Source: Massalongia carnosa (Eukaryota). From it: a stretch of 64,000 bases of DNA. Shown piece after piece: positions 1-14,300 of this stretch. The stretch covers positions 372,001 to 436,000 of the forward strand of contig OZ287084.1 of NCBI GenBank assembly GCA_965645245.1, read 5' to 3'. Each line of letters opens with the position of its first letter. Within the stretch, counting starts at the first letter, position 1. The translations under genes and the position numbers were made by a program. The notes below the pieces were generated by a model. It ran no database searches. It had not been told where the DNA came from and saw only the letters and a list, made by a program, of their open reading frames with translations.

Positions 1-8
1 ATCATCCA

Positions 9-233
9 ATGTCCGAAGAACCTGGAGATGAGGAAACGGCCTCAAATAATCCTCAAACGGGGCGTATTTCCGTGTCTTCACTTCTTAATGAGGCGGGCCA
101 CGAAAGCACCTCTTCAGCAGCGCCAATACCCGGCCAGAGTTCTGTCCACACCAAGATGAGTGTTGCCAGCCTCCTTATACACGCAGAGGCTGTGACGGAG
201 ACAAGGAATCAGAGCGGCGACGGGGACGCCTAG
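9..233 (+). CDS. Probable 3' end of a gene entering from the left window edge; low-complexity C-terminus with a repeated 'SVxSLL' motif
   Basis: Open frame from the window start to TAG at 231-233; 'ISVSSLLN' and 'MSVASLLI' repeats. No recognisable family. Confidence 0.35.
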   Translation: MSEEPGDEETASNNPQTGRISVSSLLNEAGHESTSSAAPIPGQSSVHTKMSVASLLIHAEAVTETRNQSGDGDA

Positions 234-1491
234 ATGAGATTCGACTGAGCTCGGGGCAATCTGTATTTACCCTAATATGTATCGTGCTCCGGTGCCGTTC
301 TGGAAGTACTGGTGCATTAAGATGCATGGAGATGAGAAAGGCCGGATCTTGTGCGACTCTTTGTCTTAGTTCATCAGTCGGATTCCATTCGTTCTTTACT
401 CACTGTGGGTGGGTAGTAGTTATGTACCGTTGTTCGCTCGACGCCTGAACTTTCCCTTGCCCGCATATGTTGTTTTAGTTCTCTTAAAGTGCGTTCAGTT
501 AAGAAAGCTAGATTATGCCATATTTCCATTCAGTAAAGCATTACTCTGTACACTTAGATACAGTGTGAGAAAAAACCCAGACTTGTGGACGCCAGAATGT
601 ACCTACCTCTCCTGCTAGAACCCCAACCATTCAAACCACTCCCATTCTAAGGCAGCGGATAGGCAGCACAGATTTAGCTGTCAAAGAGAATCCCTTAACC
701 TTTGACTGAGCATATCTTCTCTTATTGAAGGTTCGACTCGCTAACAGAGTACACAATACACAATACATCATAAGCTACGCGGTATGATACAGACAAGCGC
801 CATGGAACTTTCTTGTTCTCTTAGCGAGCAAACGTCATCGCAATTGACTCACAAACGAAATAGGTAGATAGGGGATGTAGTTAGGATATATTTTTCTGGT
901 ATCAATACTCATCTACGCCTCTTCCTCTTCACTCCTCACGCTGGCAGTCACAAGTGCAGCTGGAGGGCTGCATTCCGTATTGCTCAAGCGTCTTTCTTCG
1001 AAAAGTCCACAGGGCTTTTCGGAATATCTCTTACCATATAGCCGCCTACGTGAAGAATACAACGAACATAGAGGGGACTCTGTGCCGGGAGGCGATTCAA
1101 AGACAGCGGTTTCACAACACGCCGCCTTGTTGCTGGTTGCGGGAAGATGGTTGTAGAAAACATGTTGACGGCTAGTGTAAGGGGTTGCTGACTTTACCCC
1201 GTCCCTGCCGGCGATCAAGTAAATCTCTACCAATACGGGGCTGATCGATCTCATAAACATTTCGCAAAAGTACGCAAGTTTTTCTATCCTATCGATCATT
1301 TCTTGCAACATAATATCATTTTACGAGTAATCCAGCCCTTGGATATTGCCTCAGAAGTCCCTCCAGCAGATGCTCCAGGAAAACCCCCCCATTTCTGAAA
1401 ATCCATCCTCCCGTAGCCCGCCAACCCCTAAAGGATACGTCGTGCACTCAAAGATGGGTATCAGATATGACGGAGATGTGGAGAGTTGCTT

Positions 1492-2835
1492 TCACCAGCA
1501 ACTGTAGTGCAAGAAAATGTGGATCTCCATCGAGGAGTCGGACAAATCCCCCTCGTCGTCCATCCTCATCACTTCCTCAATCTCGTCGTCCGTCGTCGCT
1601 TCCTCGATTTCATCGTCTGTCATCGCGTCCTCGGTTTCGCCGTCAGTCGCTTCCTCGATCTCGTCGTCCGCCACAGACGCCTCGTCCACCAGAATGTCAA
1701 TCGTTATATCATCACTCTTCACAATTTCTTTCACCGTATCCTTCTCCACTTGGTCCATCTCAACAACCGCCCACGTCCTCTCTCCACTTACCTCAACCTC
1801 ATGCGAGGGGTTGCCTTCCAAAGTCCCCTTCCAAACACCAATTCTCTCCAATCCTCCAACTCTCCTCTTCAACTCCTGCAGATCCTCCTCCGAGATCCAG
1901 CATCCCCCTAAACATATCTCCTTGCAAGATTTCCACCGGATAGCTGGTGCACTAAACCACTTTCCTTTCCCCTCCTTTGCCGCCACCTCATCTAACAACA
2001 GGGGGTTGTGCCCCCAGACACCGTCCTCGAAACCAACCCACTCAAATGACAAACGGTCCATGCTGTTTTGCTCGAAGCTCTTCACCCAATCGTGAAGAAT
2101 CTTGACGCCCTCGCGCTCGTGAATACGGTCCATGCGCTGCCGCTCCGCTGCGATGCCGAACAACGGTTTCTTTTCGACCTTTGTTGGCCACCAGGGGATC
2201 AGCCGGACCTCCAAGACCTTGATGCCGCGCCAAAGGGTGATACCCGTGCAGCCGGCATCTTCATAAGACGAGAAAGGGCCCCAGCGCAGACTAAGAATGC
2301 CTTCAAGGGTGAGATCGTCGATGCCAACGTGCGTAAGAAGAGGCGCGCCGGTGAATTGTAGGAAGAGGCGAAACGCAAGGAGAGGTTCCAGCAAATCTGC
2401 GGCCGGTGGAATTATGTAAAGATGGGTGAGGGCCGGGAAGGCGGGGAGCTGACTCTGCTCTGGAAGACTCTGATAAGTCCAAGGCGGAGTCGTCGAAGGG
2501 AGGATCTTGACTGTTAGGCGTTGGCAATGCGGGGACACACAATGGAGCGTAGTGGGGGTGGAAGAGTGGCATTCCGGCGTCGGAAACTCCATATAGAGGG
2601 TGGAGAACGTGGAGTTATCGGCCGCTTCGGTCCATTCTTTCGTAGCGCATGAGACTTGGCGAAGGGCTAGTAGGCTCTGGATGGGGAGCATCGAAAGCAG
2701 CCGTTCGGCTGGGCGGTTGGGCGAAAAATCAGGGTATCTCTCGCAGAGAGGCTTCAGCACCGAGAGGGTGCTTTTCTTCTTCTTAATGAAGGCTTCGAAG
2801 GTCGCCATCAACGGCGATTGTTGGGTCAGCATCAT
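1492..2835 (-). CDS. Hypothetical protein with an F-box-like N-terminal motif and an acidic repeat tail
   Basis: 447-aa intronless ORF; 'ERLLSMLPIQSLLALRQVSCATKEW' resembles an F-box; C-terminus has three DDEIEE repeats. Confidence 0.6.
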   Translation of the reverse strand: MMLTQQSPLMATFEAFIKKKKSTLSVLKPLCERYPDFSPNRPAERLLSMLPIQSLLALRQVSCATKEWTEAADNSTFSTLYMEFPTPECHSSTPTTLHCVSPHCQRLTVKILPSTTPPWTYQSLPEQSQLPAFPALTHLYIIPPAADLLEPLLAFRLFLQFTGAPLLTHVGIDDLTLEGILSLRWGPFSSYEDAGCTGITLWRGIKVLEVRLIPWWPTKVEKKPLFGIAAERQRMDRIHEREGVKILHDWVKSFEQNSMDRLSFEWVGFEDGVWGHNPLLLDEVAAKEGKGKWFSAPAIRWKSCKEICLGGCWISEEDLQELKRRVGGLERIGVWKGTLEGNPSHEVEVSGERTWAVVEMDQVEKDTVKEIVKSDDITIDILVDEASVADDEIEEATDGETEDAMTDDEIEEATTDDEIEEVMRMDDEGDLSDSSMEIHIFLHYSCW

Positions 2836-3350
2836 TAGGTCTGTAAGAATGACTTGCAGAGTTTAACGAAGTTTACCAGGGGAGTTGATTAGGAACGGTG
2901 GGTTGTTTTTAGAGAAAGAAAGAATGACGGGGGAGAAAAGAAATGCAATGAAGAGGGGTTTCTGTTCGAAGGATGTGGTGATCGCTTGTTTCGGCATCTT
3001 CCCTATTTAAACGAGCAAAGTGAACACAAGTTCTGAAACCATGAAATAACACAACTTCAGCGTGAATATATGCATAGAAAATAGACAATGGTCCAATCAG
3101 CGATTGCTTCTCGTAACGACTAGAACATAAAAGAAAGCAGTTGTTAGGTATAAGGCGGGATGCCCCTAAGTAGGTAGAGTGTACAATTAAGGTGCACGCC
3201 ATCGAGAAGCTTCCTGAAACAGTGTCTTTGAAAGTCTTTGAAGGATTCTCGCCCCCTACGACGATCACCACAACAACACACCATATCACATCACATTCTC
3301 ATGGTCTCGCATCCTTCCTACCTAAGTACATCGCATCGAGTCGCGTCTTG

Positions 3351-6300
3351 TCACGCTGGCTCCGGCGAGAAGATGTTCCGGAAAATATCCATCCACGCTT
3401 GCTGCTCCGGCAAGAGCGCCCGGCCCGGCCTACGGATAGACTGAGCCATGATCTGGCGCATGCGCGTTCGCAGCGTTTTGATGGCGAGCATGGTTTTCCA
3501 GTCATCTACGCGGAGGCGCACTCGGTTGCCATCTATGACAATCACCCCAGAATACATCTTGGAAGCCGAGCAAACATGGGATTAGAACTCCCTACCGCAT
3601 CATGTCGACAGGAAGAGGGCTGCATACCTTGAATTCAGCGTTTCCGCATCCTAACGCTATTGCCAAATCCTCGACTGCTGTGGTTTCATGAGCATTGTAG
3701 AATCTGAAGCTCCTATTAGTCGTACTACGTGAAATGCTATACCGCACATACCGGTTACTGGATTGCATGATGTGGTAGAAAGATAACCACTTCATGGGGT
3801 GCCCGGCGCCTTTGTTGACTGATGTCGCATGCAGACTCACGGATTGATTGTTTGTCACGTTCTTCCAGCCTTTGCCATCTTGCACAAGAAGTTTAGGGTA
3901 AAAGCTCCAAGCAATGACAGAATCCATTATCCGGTCATTGGCGGTGTTTACGTTATATCTGTCAGGGATTGTGAAGAAATGTCGCTTGTAAGAGTAAAAT
4001 CGGGCTCTGGTAGACGTTAATGGCGGTAATTCAGATACAATTGGGGGACAAACTTGTTCAAAGATGTCTTTTCTCCATCATTCAGCCGCAAGAACCCAGC
4101 GTCGATCAGCGAGGTTGTCAGCTGCATTTTCAGGTCTTCGATATTCGACATTGTTTGCTGACTAAGGAAGTTCTTCCGGCAGAATACAAGTTCGGAACCC
4201 TTATTCATGCATACTCGTCGCCAAGCGCAATAGGCATTGTACACAGTTAGCAAATCGGAGTCACCTGGGGAGACCGTGGTTAGCACGACCCAAGATTGTA
4301 GAAGCCGTGCTGACCTCGCTTGAACGCTAGTCTGGCTAGATCTGCCTGCGGCCGCGCACCCAGGGGAGCGGAGAAAGGAGACTTTGATGACAGAATTGCG
4401 GCCATACTGAGCGTAGCATCGAGACATTGATAAATCGCTCCGAGCAAAATCAATTTTCCTAGGAAGACGTCAAGCGGCAATTTACTGAGTTTTTCTCCCA
4501 GAGGCGTCAACTCTTCCGTAGAAGTGAGAGCCTTCACGTCGATAAGGGAATCAATGGCCCGCTGAATATTTTTTGCTGTAGGAGGATCGAGAGCTTCGGA
4601 GAGGGTCTGCTCAATACCACCCAGTTTACATGTCTTAACGCGCAACACAAGATCTTGCAATGAGAGTCTCAGCATTTCAGGTATCTGTTCTTCGAGCATC
4701 TATAAAAGATGATCAGTGATCATAGTTACGAGTTTTGATCTAACCTACCAGTTTATCATGACGAGCTTTAGTGAAAAGGTGAAAACATAGCCCTTTCTGA
4801 ACACGACCAGCACGTCCACGGCGCTGCTTGGCATTTGCACGAGAAATGAAAGACTCGACTAATCTCGAAAGTTGTCGCCTCTCATCGAATCTACTTTGAG
4901 CGTTAGAAGATGGGAGACATTCGGTATGAATAGCTACAAACCTCATTTCCTTATGCTTTCCTATATCGACGACACAAGTCACATCTGGTATAGTAATGCC
5001 TGTCTCTGCAATATTAGTAGCCAAGACAATTTTCCTTGACCCTTGCGGGGGCACAATAAAAGCCCGCTCTTGTTCGTCGGTGGGTATAGTTGAATGTAAC
5101 GGATAGATTTGCCATCCTTGAGAGAAGATAGGATGACCAAGAATCATGTCACCAAGACGGCGGATCTCTGCGATCCCAGGGAGAAAGACTAAGATTGCTT
5201 TACTATAGCTGGAATACATCTTCTTGGTGGCAATGGTCTCGAGGAGTCGCAAAATAAGATCGTAACCAATCCGATACTCGTTTACCTTTGCCAGCGTTTT
5301 TTGCGTTTTTACACTGTATGCATCCAGTGCTTCGATGGAAGTCTTCTTCTCAGACGAATCCATGACTACTTCCTCGTTGTCCTCGGATTCCTCACTGTGA
5401 TACGATCTGTCAGGCGTTTGCTGGTAATCAAGGTCTATCGCTTCCACGACATCTTCAAGATACTTTGTTTTAACTGGGAATGTACGGCCTGGAACGTACA
5501 AAATTGGAGCTTGGGATAAGTAGCTGGAGAATTTGAGAGCATTGACTGTGGCACTCATTAAGATGACTTTAAGATCCTTCCGATGGTTCATTAGCTTTCG
5601 AAGGACAATCAATAGGAAATCGCTGTCGATGCTCCGTTCGTGCACCTCATCAAGCACTAAGGTCTAGAACAGGCTTATTAACACATTGATCCTTAAAAAA
5701 CTTGTTGATATAATAGAGCTCACAGTTATCCCTTGGAGATTGTCTGACTGCTCCAACATCCGCATTACAATTCCGGTAGTTGCATAAATGAGTTTGGTTT
5801 GGGCAGCGACTTGGCTTTCTAACCGTATCGCATATCCCACAAGTGAATTCGAGGTCCCAATATCGCCCTTTCGTTCTCCTAGCTCCTCGCTTACCCGTCG
5901 TGCTAAGGAAATTGCAGATATTCTGCGAGGTTCTGTGGTATATATCTTGCAATCCCGGCCATTCGACAACTCGTTTTCGAGTATAAAAACGGGTATTTGA
6001 GTACTTTTACCACACCCCGTCTCGCCACAAACTATCACCACCTGATGTTCGGCAACGGCTCTGAGAAGTTTATCCTTAAAATTCCAGATGGGCAAGGCCA
6101 TACGGGAAGCCAACATAGCACGGTAAGACTGCGTCGATACTTTTAACGACCAGATTTGTTTCAAGTCGTCCGAAGACAAGGAGATTAGATTTTCTCTGAT
6201 TGTCTGAGGCATATGATTGATATCATCGTTTCTTCTCTTTGCAGTATTAAAACTACTGAGAGAATTGGACCCATAAGCATCCTCTATGTGCTCAGTTCCT

Positions 6301-8115
6301 GTTATCATGCTTCTAATCTCTCTCAAAACATTACGATCTGCTTTATTTATCTGCTGTTTCTTACCTTCCGAAATCTCTGCCCATAACTCTCTCCATATAG
6401 CTGGTAAGCGAAGATATACTTTCTCTTCCTTAGGAGAAGAGGAAAAGAGAAAGTTCATAGCAAAAGTAGACACATAAGCCTCAGACTGTTGAGGATTGGG
6501 GGTGGAGATAGAAATCATTCGGATCTCCGCATATTCATCTGTCACCTCACAGCCCATTATGGGATCCACAAAAGTTGCTGGTAGATCCTGGCTTCGAGAC
6601 CATTCAATAAGCACTGAGTGTCTAAATGCGAATGGAGACTCGGAAATAATACTATAAGTAATAATACAGGAAGAATCTCTGACAGCAACGTTAGCTAAGA
6701 AGATGTAACATCAGGAGATATATCAACCTAGCCCTGCATGCTTCTTCAAAGACACGACGTGGATTTAGACCTGCCCATCGTCCAAAATCCCGAACGGCTA
6801 CAGTATGCCCGTCCTTGGTATTACATAACAACTCTGTAGCTCCAGTTTCAGAGCTTATAGAAGTTTCTGGAAGACTAGAAAAAAGATTTCCCATCATCTC
6901 CAGTGGGTCCTCGGCCTCAGCATTTTCTGGACCATCGGCGTGTATTGATGATGATAAATTGACGACATTTGATTCTTGCAACGCTTTTTCGTCTAACTGG
7001 AATTTCCTGCGCTCAGCAGTCTCTTGAACAAGAACACATCGCATCTCCATCCATCTGAAATAAGCCTCATCGCGATCAAATAGAATATCAGACTCTATTT
7101 TTCCAATCTTAGCCATGATTCGTGCAGCTCGAGGGTCTGTAGTAGTAGCCTTTTTATGCTTAGGGGTTCGATTTTGGATGACAGAACACTCTGGTTGAAT
7201 GTGATAAATCTGGGATTGAAGTGAAAGATACTTGGTCATCAGATAATCTGGCTCGATTTCTCCGGCGGATTCAGTCTCACTGTCGGTGATTTCCGCCTCA
7301 TGAACCGTATTCGGTTTCCTGGTTGATGTGGCAATATTAGTGGGCATTGGCTTACCTAAGCGATTGATTCTCTTGCTTCGTTTCGTCTGATCCGTAGAAT
7401 AGAGGAGGTCGTAATCTGGCATTTCTTCAGGTGCGCAAACTCGAGCCAGAAAATCAAAGGCCTCTTCCAAGCCCCAGATACTATCTTTGGTAGAAACAGA
7501 TAGCATCCTCGTAGACTGCCAGTTTTGCAGCAATAAAAGAAGAGCAGACTGAATTCTGTCCCTTAAAAACCCCAACTGCTCAAGAGCCTGTTCAAGTGTC
7601 CATAATCTAATCATTAACTCTTCCTCTGAGACTTTAGTTCCGACCTGCATGACTACACATTCTCCCTCAACGCTCTGATTAGTTTCCTGAAAAAGGATTA
7701 AGTCAAGAATTCTCTGGATCATGTCGTCCGTAAGCCAGGAACTCGCTTTAAGGTGTTCTGATTGTGAACGCAGAACCCGTTGCTCTGTCTTCAGTTTGTT
7801 GATCTGGCGAGAAGCGTCCTTTTTGGATTTCTCACCGTGCCTCTCTAACAGGATTTGCAGCGCAGACTCTTCAAGATGAGTTTCCAGCTCCTCGGGACCC
7901 ATCGTGTGCAGCGTCTCGCTCACTGCTCCATTTGCAAACGTCGAGCATGCAGGCTCCGGATTTCTAGAACCAACATCAATAGTAGGGTTTTTTAGAGCAC
8001 CATTAACAACTTCGTCTTCTTTTGAACTCTCCACAATCTTCGTTTTTGCTGGTATTGACGTAGTCGCAAACCCGCGATCTGGGTTGTTCACCTTTTTCTT
8101 CTTCTTTGGAGCCAT
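3351..8115 (-). CDS. DEAH-box RNA helicase, DHX29/DHX57-like (multi-exon)
   Basis: Starts MAPKKKKK at 8115; motifs [28 protein letters not shown] and QRRGRAGR; HA2/OB region; last exon ends ...IFSPEPA* at 3351; GT-AG introns join the ORF pieces. Confidence 0.9.
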
Positions 8116-8246
8116 AATTAAATGCCTTAAATTGTAGGTACGGCCAAGTATCGTTAAATAAAAGACGATAGAGTTAAGCACGAGTCACGTGTTGGGATAA
8201 CTAGCTATGTAATGGATAAGGCAAGTCAAAATCTCGCTAATAAAAT

Positions 8247-8282
8247 TGAGTCACTACTACATGTCTCAACAATAGTGACTCA
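8247..8282. promoter_or_regulatory. Two Gcn4/CpcA-type TGASTCA sites in the divergent helicase/GCN1 promoter
   Basis: TGAGTCA at 8247-8253 and TGACTCA at 8276-8282, about 35-70 bp upstream of the GCN1 ATG. Confidence 0.6.
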
Positions 8283-8315
8283 TGCAATCGGATTATTGGT
8301 GCTCCTTTCAAGGCC

Positions 8316-11300
8316 ATGGATGGTGCCGCTGGTCAAAGTAATGAAGAGTTAGACTTGAGTGCTTTAAATGAAGCTCTGACATCAAGTTCTACTAAACGAC
8401 GAGGTTTAGAGTTATTTAATCTGCGTCAGCGACTTGAAGATTCCCGTATGCAAGCAAACAATATGAGAGGATGACAACGCTGACTGACGAGAGTCTTAGG
8501 TGTTCCTAATAGCTCCTGCTATACAGTCATTGAGATCCTCTTTAAAACCTACCCTTATTACACCGACCGTGCTTCTCGAAGAGCTACCCAAAGATGTCTT
8601 CAGGCATTGCTAGGGAATACATCATATACCGCCAACATTAGTTTCTTAATTAAGGAGTTCAAGAAAGAGACTCATAAACCAGGGCTTGCTCCATCCAATG
8701 CATTCGTGCTTGTAGAATGGGGATGTGTACTCCTGCAATACTGCGTCGAAAGCTCAGAAGCTTGGGCTCGATGGGGGGTCGAGATTGCCGTGGCAGATGC
8801 GCAAGTGCTAGAATTATGTCTCTCCTCTAAAGCGAAGCCGAGCGTCAAGCATTCCTCCGTGGTAGTAACCCGGCGGGCTCTCCGCCGGTTCTTTGCTAAA
8901 AATACCGCTGTAGGCAAGGATGCCATTAAGAATGTGATTTCCCACCTCACAGCGAAATCACAATCTTTAGGAGTAAAGAGCGCTTGCTTTCTAGGCGTTG
9001 TGGCGGGAGTTTGTGCACGTTTGCCTACAGGGAGAGCTGTGCTACAAGCTTACAAGGACCACTATTACTCTTACTACCTGCGAGAAGTTATCGGTTCACG
9101 CGCTATTGTACCACAGCATTTAGCCTCGGCGTTTGCAGACTTCTTCTCACATTTCACCACTTCTGAAGATTTACATGTGATTATTGCACCTGCGTTTGAA
9201 AGGGCACTGCTAAGAGCCCCAGAAGTGGCTTTAGATCTTTTGCCTCCCATGGTACAATCTATATCCTTAGAAATAGATTTAGCTAAATTTTTGGCGGATC
9301 ATTTGTTTAAACCACTCTTGTCTAACATCAAATCCCAAAATTTGGACACCCGCAATGGAGCAGTATCGGCCTTTTCAGCACTCATAAGGCGATCACACAA
9401 CGAGTTTTACCTAAAAAGGATAACGGATGATATCTTAACTCCCCTTTTAATAACAAAGGTTGCATCAGCGGACCAGAGGGCTATTCACGCTCGTTTACTC
9501 GCTCTAATTCCACTTTCGCCATCTCTATCCAAAGCAGCATGCGAAAAGCTCGCAATAGTCATCTCTAAAGAGCTCAATGAAACAGCGCTTTGCGCAGAAG
9601 TGATTGCACTCACGCATTTCTTTTCTTCTATTATTCTGGTGGACTTGGATACCGCTTCAAGTGGATCTACCTCAATCATCGATGTATACGTGAAAGGATT
9701 AAGTGATAGACGGCCGAGCATTCGCAGGATCTGGGCTATCAGGACTGGAGACATCATTTGGTCATCGGTTGGCCAATCCATAAATCCTATGACAACTCAA
9801 TTCATTGAAGCAATATTACCTAAAGTGTTGGAGGATTTTGATGAAGTTGTGCTCAATCCGCAGCACGCAGGAAACTCTGGCTTGTCTATAATCGCATATT
9901 TTGTTACAGCTTTATCCAAATTCCTGTTAAACGCAGTACAGACTGAGAAACTCAGATCCTTAATTATGAAGGCAAAAGTACATGATCGAGCTCTCTCAAT
10001 TAGTCCTAAACCCTCATTCTTACTAAATCATCGACTTTATACAAAGATCACTGATCATGAGGAACATATCTGGATAGTTCGTGCACTTGAGGCTTGCTCA
10101 GGCGATCTCTTCAAAGCTGGTCAGGCTGTTCCGGCTACTGATGCGTGGGTCCAAGCACTTCTGTTTTTCATGACAGCAGCTGAACTTCCTTTCACCGTCC
10201 AAAAGCAAGCAGCGAAAGTAGTGACCAATGCATACCTTCGTCAGCCAGTTCTCATCAGCAATATAGTTGTTCAAGGCCTGTGGAATTGGTACAGAAGTAT
10301 TGAAAATGCCGAGAAAGATAGCGCCGCGGCAGCAGCTAGGACAGGAAACAATAAGGCATATTTGGCTGTTCACTCGATCTGTTTACCTCCCTCCGATCAG
10401 CGGTTAAATGCTTCGAATATTGAAGCTGAAGCCTTGCAAGCTCAGCTTATCAATATGCTGGTTCTATGTCGTCCAGAGATATTACCCAATACGAATTGGA
10501 TTGAGTTATGCCTTAGAGTAGGTCAAGATCCAGGGGCTTTGGTTCAATGCATGGGTGTGCAATGCTTGGAAAGGATTGAGAGCTGCCGCCGTTCTGGTCC
10601 CCTAGAAAACTCTTCTCCTATAGTCAAGCTAGCAGCCAATAATGCGGCTGTTGATCTTGCATTTGTCGCGCCAGATAAAATATTACCTCTACTTCTTGAG
10701 AGTATTGAAGGCGATCTACGTGCAGAAGATGTACGGAAGTATGGACCTACTGAGGCTGCAATCTCGCGTATGCCAGAGGGAACAGCATTTATAGACGTTC
10801 TGAGCAAGGACAAACGAAACCTAACATTGGACAAGAACTCTCGAGATTATGATACTATTAGATGGGAAGAAGACGTTCGGAACCAGGTGGCTCAAAAGAA
10901 AGGGCAGGAAAAAAAGCTTACTCCCGATGAGAAGGCAAGGGTGAACGCTCAATTGCTGAAAGAATTTGCGATAAGAAAGGACGTGAAGAAGCTTGAAAGT
11001 AGATTAAATAGAGGAATTGGACTTGTCAATGCCCTAGCGACAGGGCCGCCCACGGGTACCGATACGTGGGTTGGTAGATCATTAAAAGCGCTACTAGCTA
11101 TAATCGCAGCTGGTGCTGGATATGTGGTGGGAAGTGCTGCCGATGAGGCTTACCTAGCTTGTGCCACAGTTGTTTCATCTAGACTAGGTGCTCTTAGACA
11201 ATTTATTGGAGTTGCTACACTTCGGGCGTTGGGCTTTTCTACGCTACCTGCCCATCTTGAGGAAGAACCTCTCCCAGGTGAGAAGGTTATTCTTTCGACT

Positions 11301-14300
11301 GCTTCCAAAAGGCTAACCAAATGATAGACCTCGCAACAAGGGTATTATACCGACTCCGCTTCATGAGCGAACAACGTCCTTTCGACAGCGTCTCGTTGAG
11401 TTACATATTCCCCTTAATCTCAATGGTTCTGCAGCACAATGGAGTGGGCACTTCAGATGCGAATGAGAGCGTCGAGCAAGTAACTCTTGCACTAGATTTT
11501 CTGTCGTTTCACACCGATGCTCGTAAGTCGATCTTAGATAAATATTGTTCCATCTAAACGTAAGCATAGGTTTGTTAATCTGTACACAGTCTCCGATACA
11601 AATCTACCTCGTGGCGAATTTCTTTCATTACTGGTAGAGTCTATGCAGCGATATCATCAACACTATAAGGTCATTAAAGATTGTATCCTGGATATGTGTA
11701 GATCTCTGGCGCCAAATATTTCTATAACAGAGATATTGCTTCTGCTGAAAAGCGCGATCGTACCTCAAGCTTCTGTTCGGACCACAGTCTTGCAAGGCAT
11801 TAGGGAAGACATCGATTTAACCACACTTGACTTCTCTGAGGAGATTTTACTAGCATGTCACGATGACGTGGAAGAGAACGCCGAACTTGGGCGGGCTATC
11901 TGGCAAGAGAACGCATTGGAATTTGAGCCTTCAGATGCATTCAAGATACTATCATACCTTGCCAGCGCGGATAAGCAGCTCCGCCGAGCAGCCTCGCAAG
12001 CAATTACGGATTGTGTTGGGAACGATACCTCAACTTTCTCTGCACTACTACTCCGTCTGGAAGAATGGTATCGTGAACTATCCAAGCCAAGGATACAGGA
12101 AAGAGACGAGTTTGGGATGCCTAAAAAGACGAACCTTATTGATCCTTGGGAGGCTAGGAGTGGCATAGCTTTGACTTTCAGAGCCATGGCGCCAATATTT
12201 GATCAATCGAAACTAGTGAGCTTTGTTCAGTTTTTGATCAATGATAGTGCACTCGGCGATCGAAAGGGTACAGTAAGAGATGAAATGATTGAGAGTGCTA
12301 CTAAAGTAATCGCCATGCATGGGGCGAATAAAGTGGAAGAACTTATGAGTATATTTGAAACGGCATTGGACGAATCCGATAAGAAATCAAACATTTCAGA
12401 TCTGGTCAGTGAGGCTATTGTCATCCTCTATGGGGCGCTCGCTCGCCACCTTCATGATGGAGATGAACGAGTTCCTAAAGTTGTCCATAGGCTGCTGTTA
12501 ACATTAAGTACTCCCTCAGAAACTGTTCAATATGCTGTTGCTGGCTGCCTACCCCCTCTAATTCGGACCTCTACCCAGAACACGCATGAGTACGTTCGAT
12601 TGGTGCTGGACGAGCTCCTTAAATCAAAAAAGTACGCAGCTAGAAGAGGCGCAGCATATGGGCTTGCCGGTATAGTGAGTGGAAAGGGCATCTCTGCCTT
12701 AAAAGAATATCGGATTATGCCAGCGCTCAAATCTGCCATTGGGGAGAAAAAAGACCAAAACCAACGTCAAGGCGCTTTATTTGCTTATGAGCTACTATCA
12801 CTAATCCTCGGCCGGATCTTCGAACCCTACATTATACAAATTGTGCCACAGCTGCTGGCTGGTTTCGGAGACTCAACGGCCGACGTACGTGAGGCTTGCC
12901 TTGACGCGTCAAAAACCTGTTTTGCAAGTTTAAGTTCATACGGAGTCAAGATAATTTTACCCACACTGTTGGAAGGTTTAGATGAGCAGCAGTGGCGGAG
13001 CAAGAAAGGCGCATGTGATTTACTTGGGGCGATGGCATATCTTGATCCTCAACAACTGGCTCTAAGTCTTCCAGATATTATACCGCCCCTGACCAATGTT
13101 CTGAACGACAGCCATAAGGAAGTAAGGGCGTCGGCGAACCGCAGCCTGCAGCGATTTGGTGAGGTTATAAGTAACCCTGAAGTCAAGGGGCTAGTAAATA
13201 TTCTTCTTAAGGCCTTGAGCGACCCCACAAAATACACCGATGAGGCTCTTGATGCTCTCATCAAAGTTTCATTTATTCATTATCTCGATTCGCCCTCTCT
13301 AGCTCTTATCGTTCGCATTCTAGAACGAGGGCTTGGGGACCGTTCCGCAACGAAGAGAAAATCATCCCAGATCATTGGGAGTCTGGCTCATCTAACGGAA
13401 CGCAAGGATTTGATCTCTCATCTCCCAATTCTTGTTGCTGGTCTGAAGCTGGCGGCCGTAGATCCAGTGCCTGCCACTCGAGCTACCGCCTCGAAAGCCC
13501 TTGGATCGTTGGTTGAGAAATTAGGCGAGGACGCATTACCAGATCTAATACCAGGTCTAATGTCGACTTTGAAATCAGATACAGGTGCAGGAGATAGACT
13601 TGGCTCCGCTCAAGCCCTCAGCGAGGTCCTTGCAGGACTTGGAACTAGCCGACTTGAGGAGACTCTACCCACAATCCTCCAAAATGTTGCCAGCTCTAAG
13701 CCAGCAGTTCGCGAAGGATTCATGTCGCTGTTCATCTACTTGCCTGCCTGTTTTGGGAACAGCTTCGTTGTATATTTAAGCAAAATTATACCCTCGATAT
13801 TATCGGGACTGGCAGACGATGTCGAGTCAATCAGAGAAACGTCCTTACGAGCAGGCAGATTACTTGTAAAGAACTTTGCCACGAAGGCCATTGACCTGCT
13901 ACTACCTGAACTGGATCGTGGACTTGCAGATGATAATCATCGTATCCGCTTAAGCTCGGTGGACTTAGTTGGGCATCTTTTGTTTAATCTCACTGGAATT
14001 AGCGGCAAAACCGAGCAGGATGAGGAAGACGGGGCTGCAGAAGCTGGACAGTCATTGCTTGAGGTACTCGGAGAAGACAGACGAAACAAGATTCTCTCGT
14101 CGCTATATATCTGTCGATGTGACACCTCTGGCCTGGTACGAAATGCGGCAATTAACGTTTGGAAGGCTCTTGTAGCAACCCCAAGAACCTTAAAGGAGCT
14201 TGTACCTACCCTCACTCAACTTCTAATTCGCCGTCTGGCTAGCTCAAACATGGAGCAGAAGGTTATAGCCGGAAATGCGCTTAGCGAATTGATTCGAAAA

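Noticed and set aside
913..1311. 132-aa minus-strand ORF
   Set aside because: No recognisable motif and competing overlapping frames; cannot tell it from chance or a relic.
1467..2095. Overlapping plus-strand ORFs of 141-192 aa
   Set aside because: Antisense shadows of the low-complexity acidic tail of the F-box-like gene.
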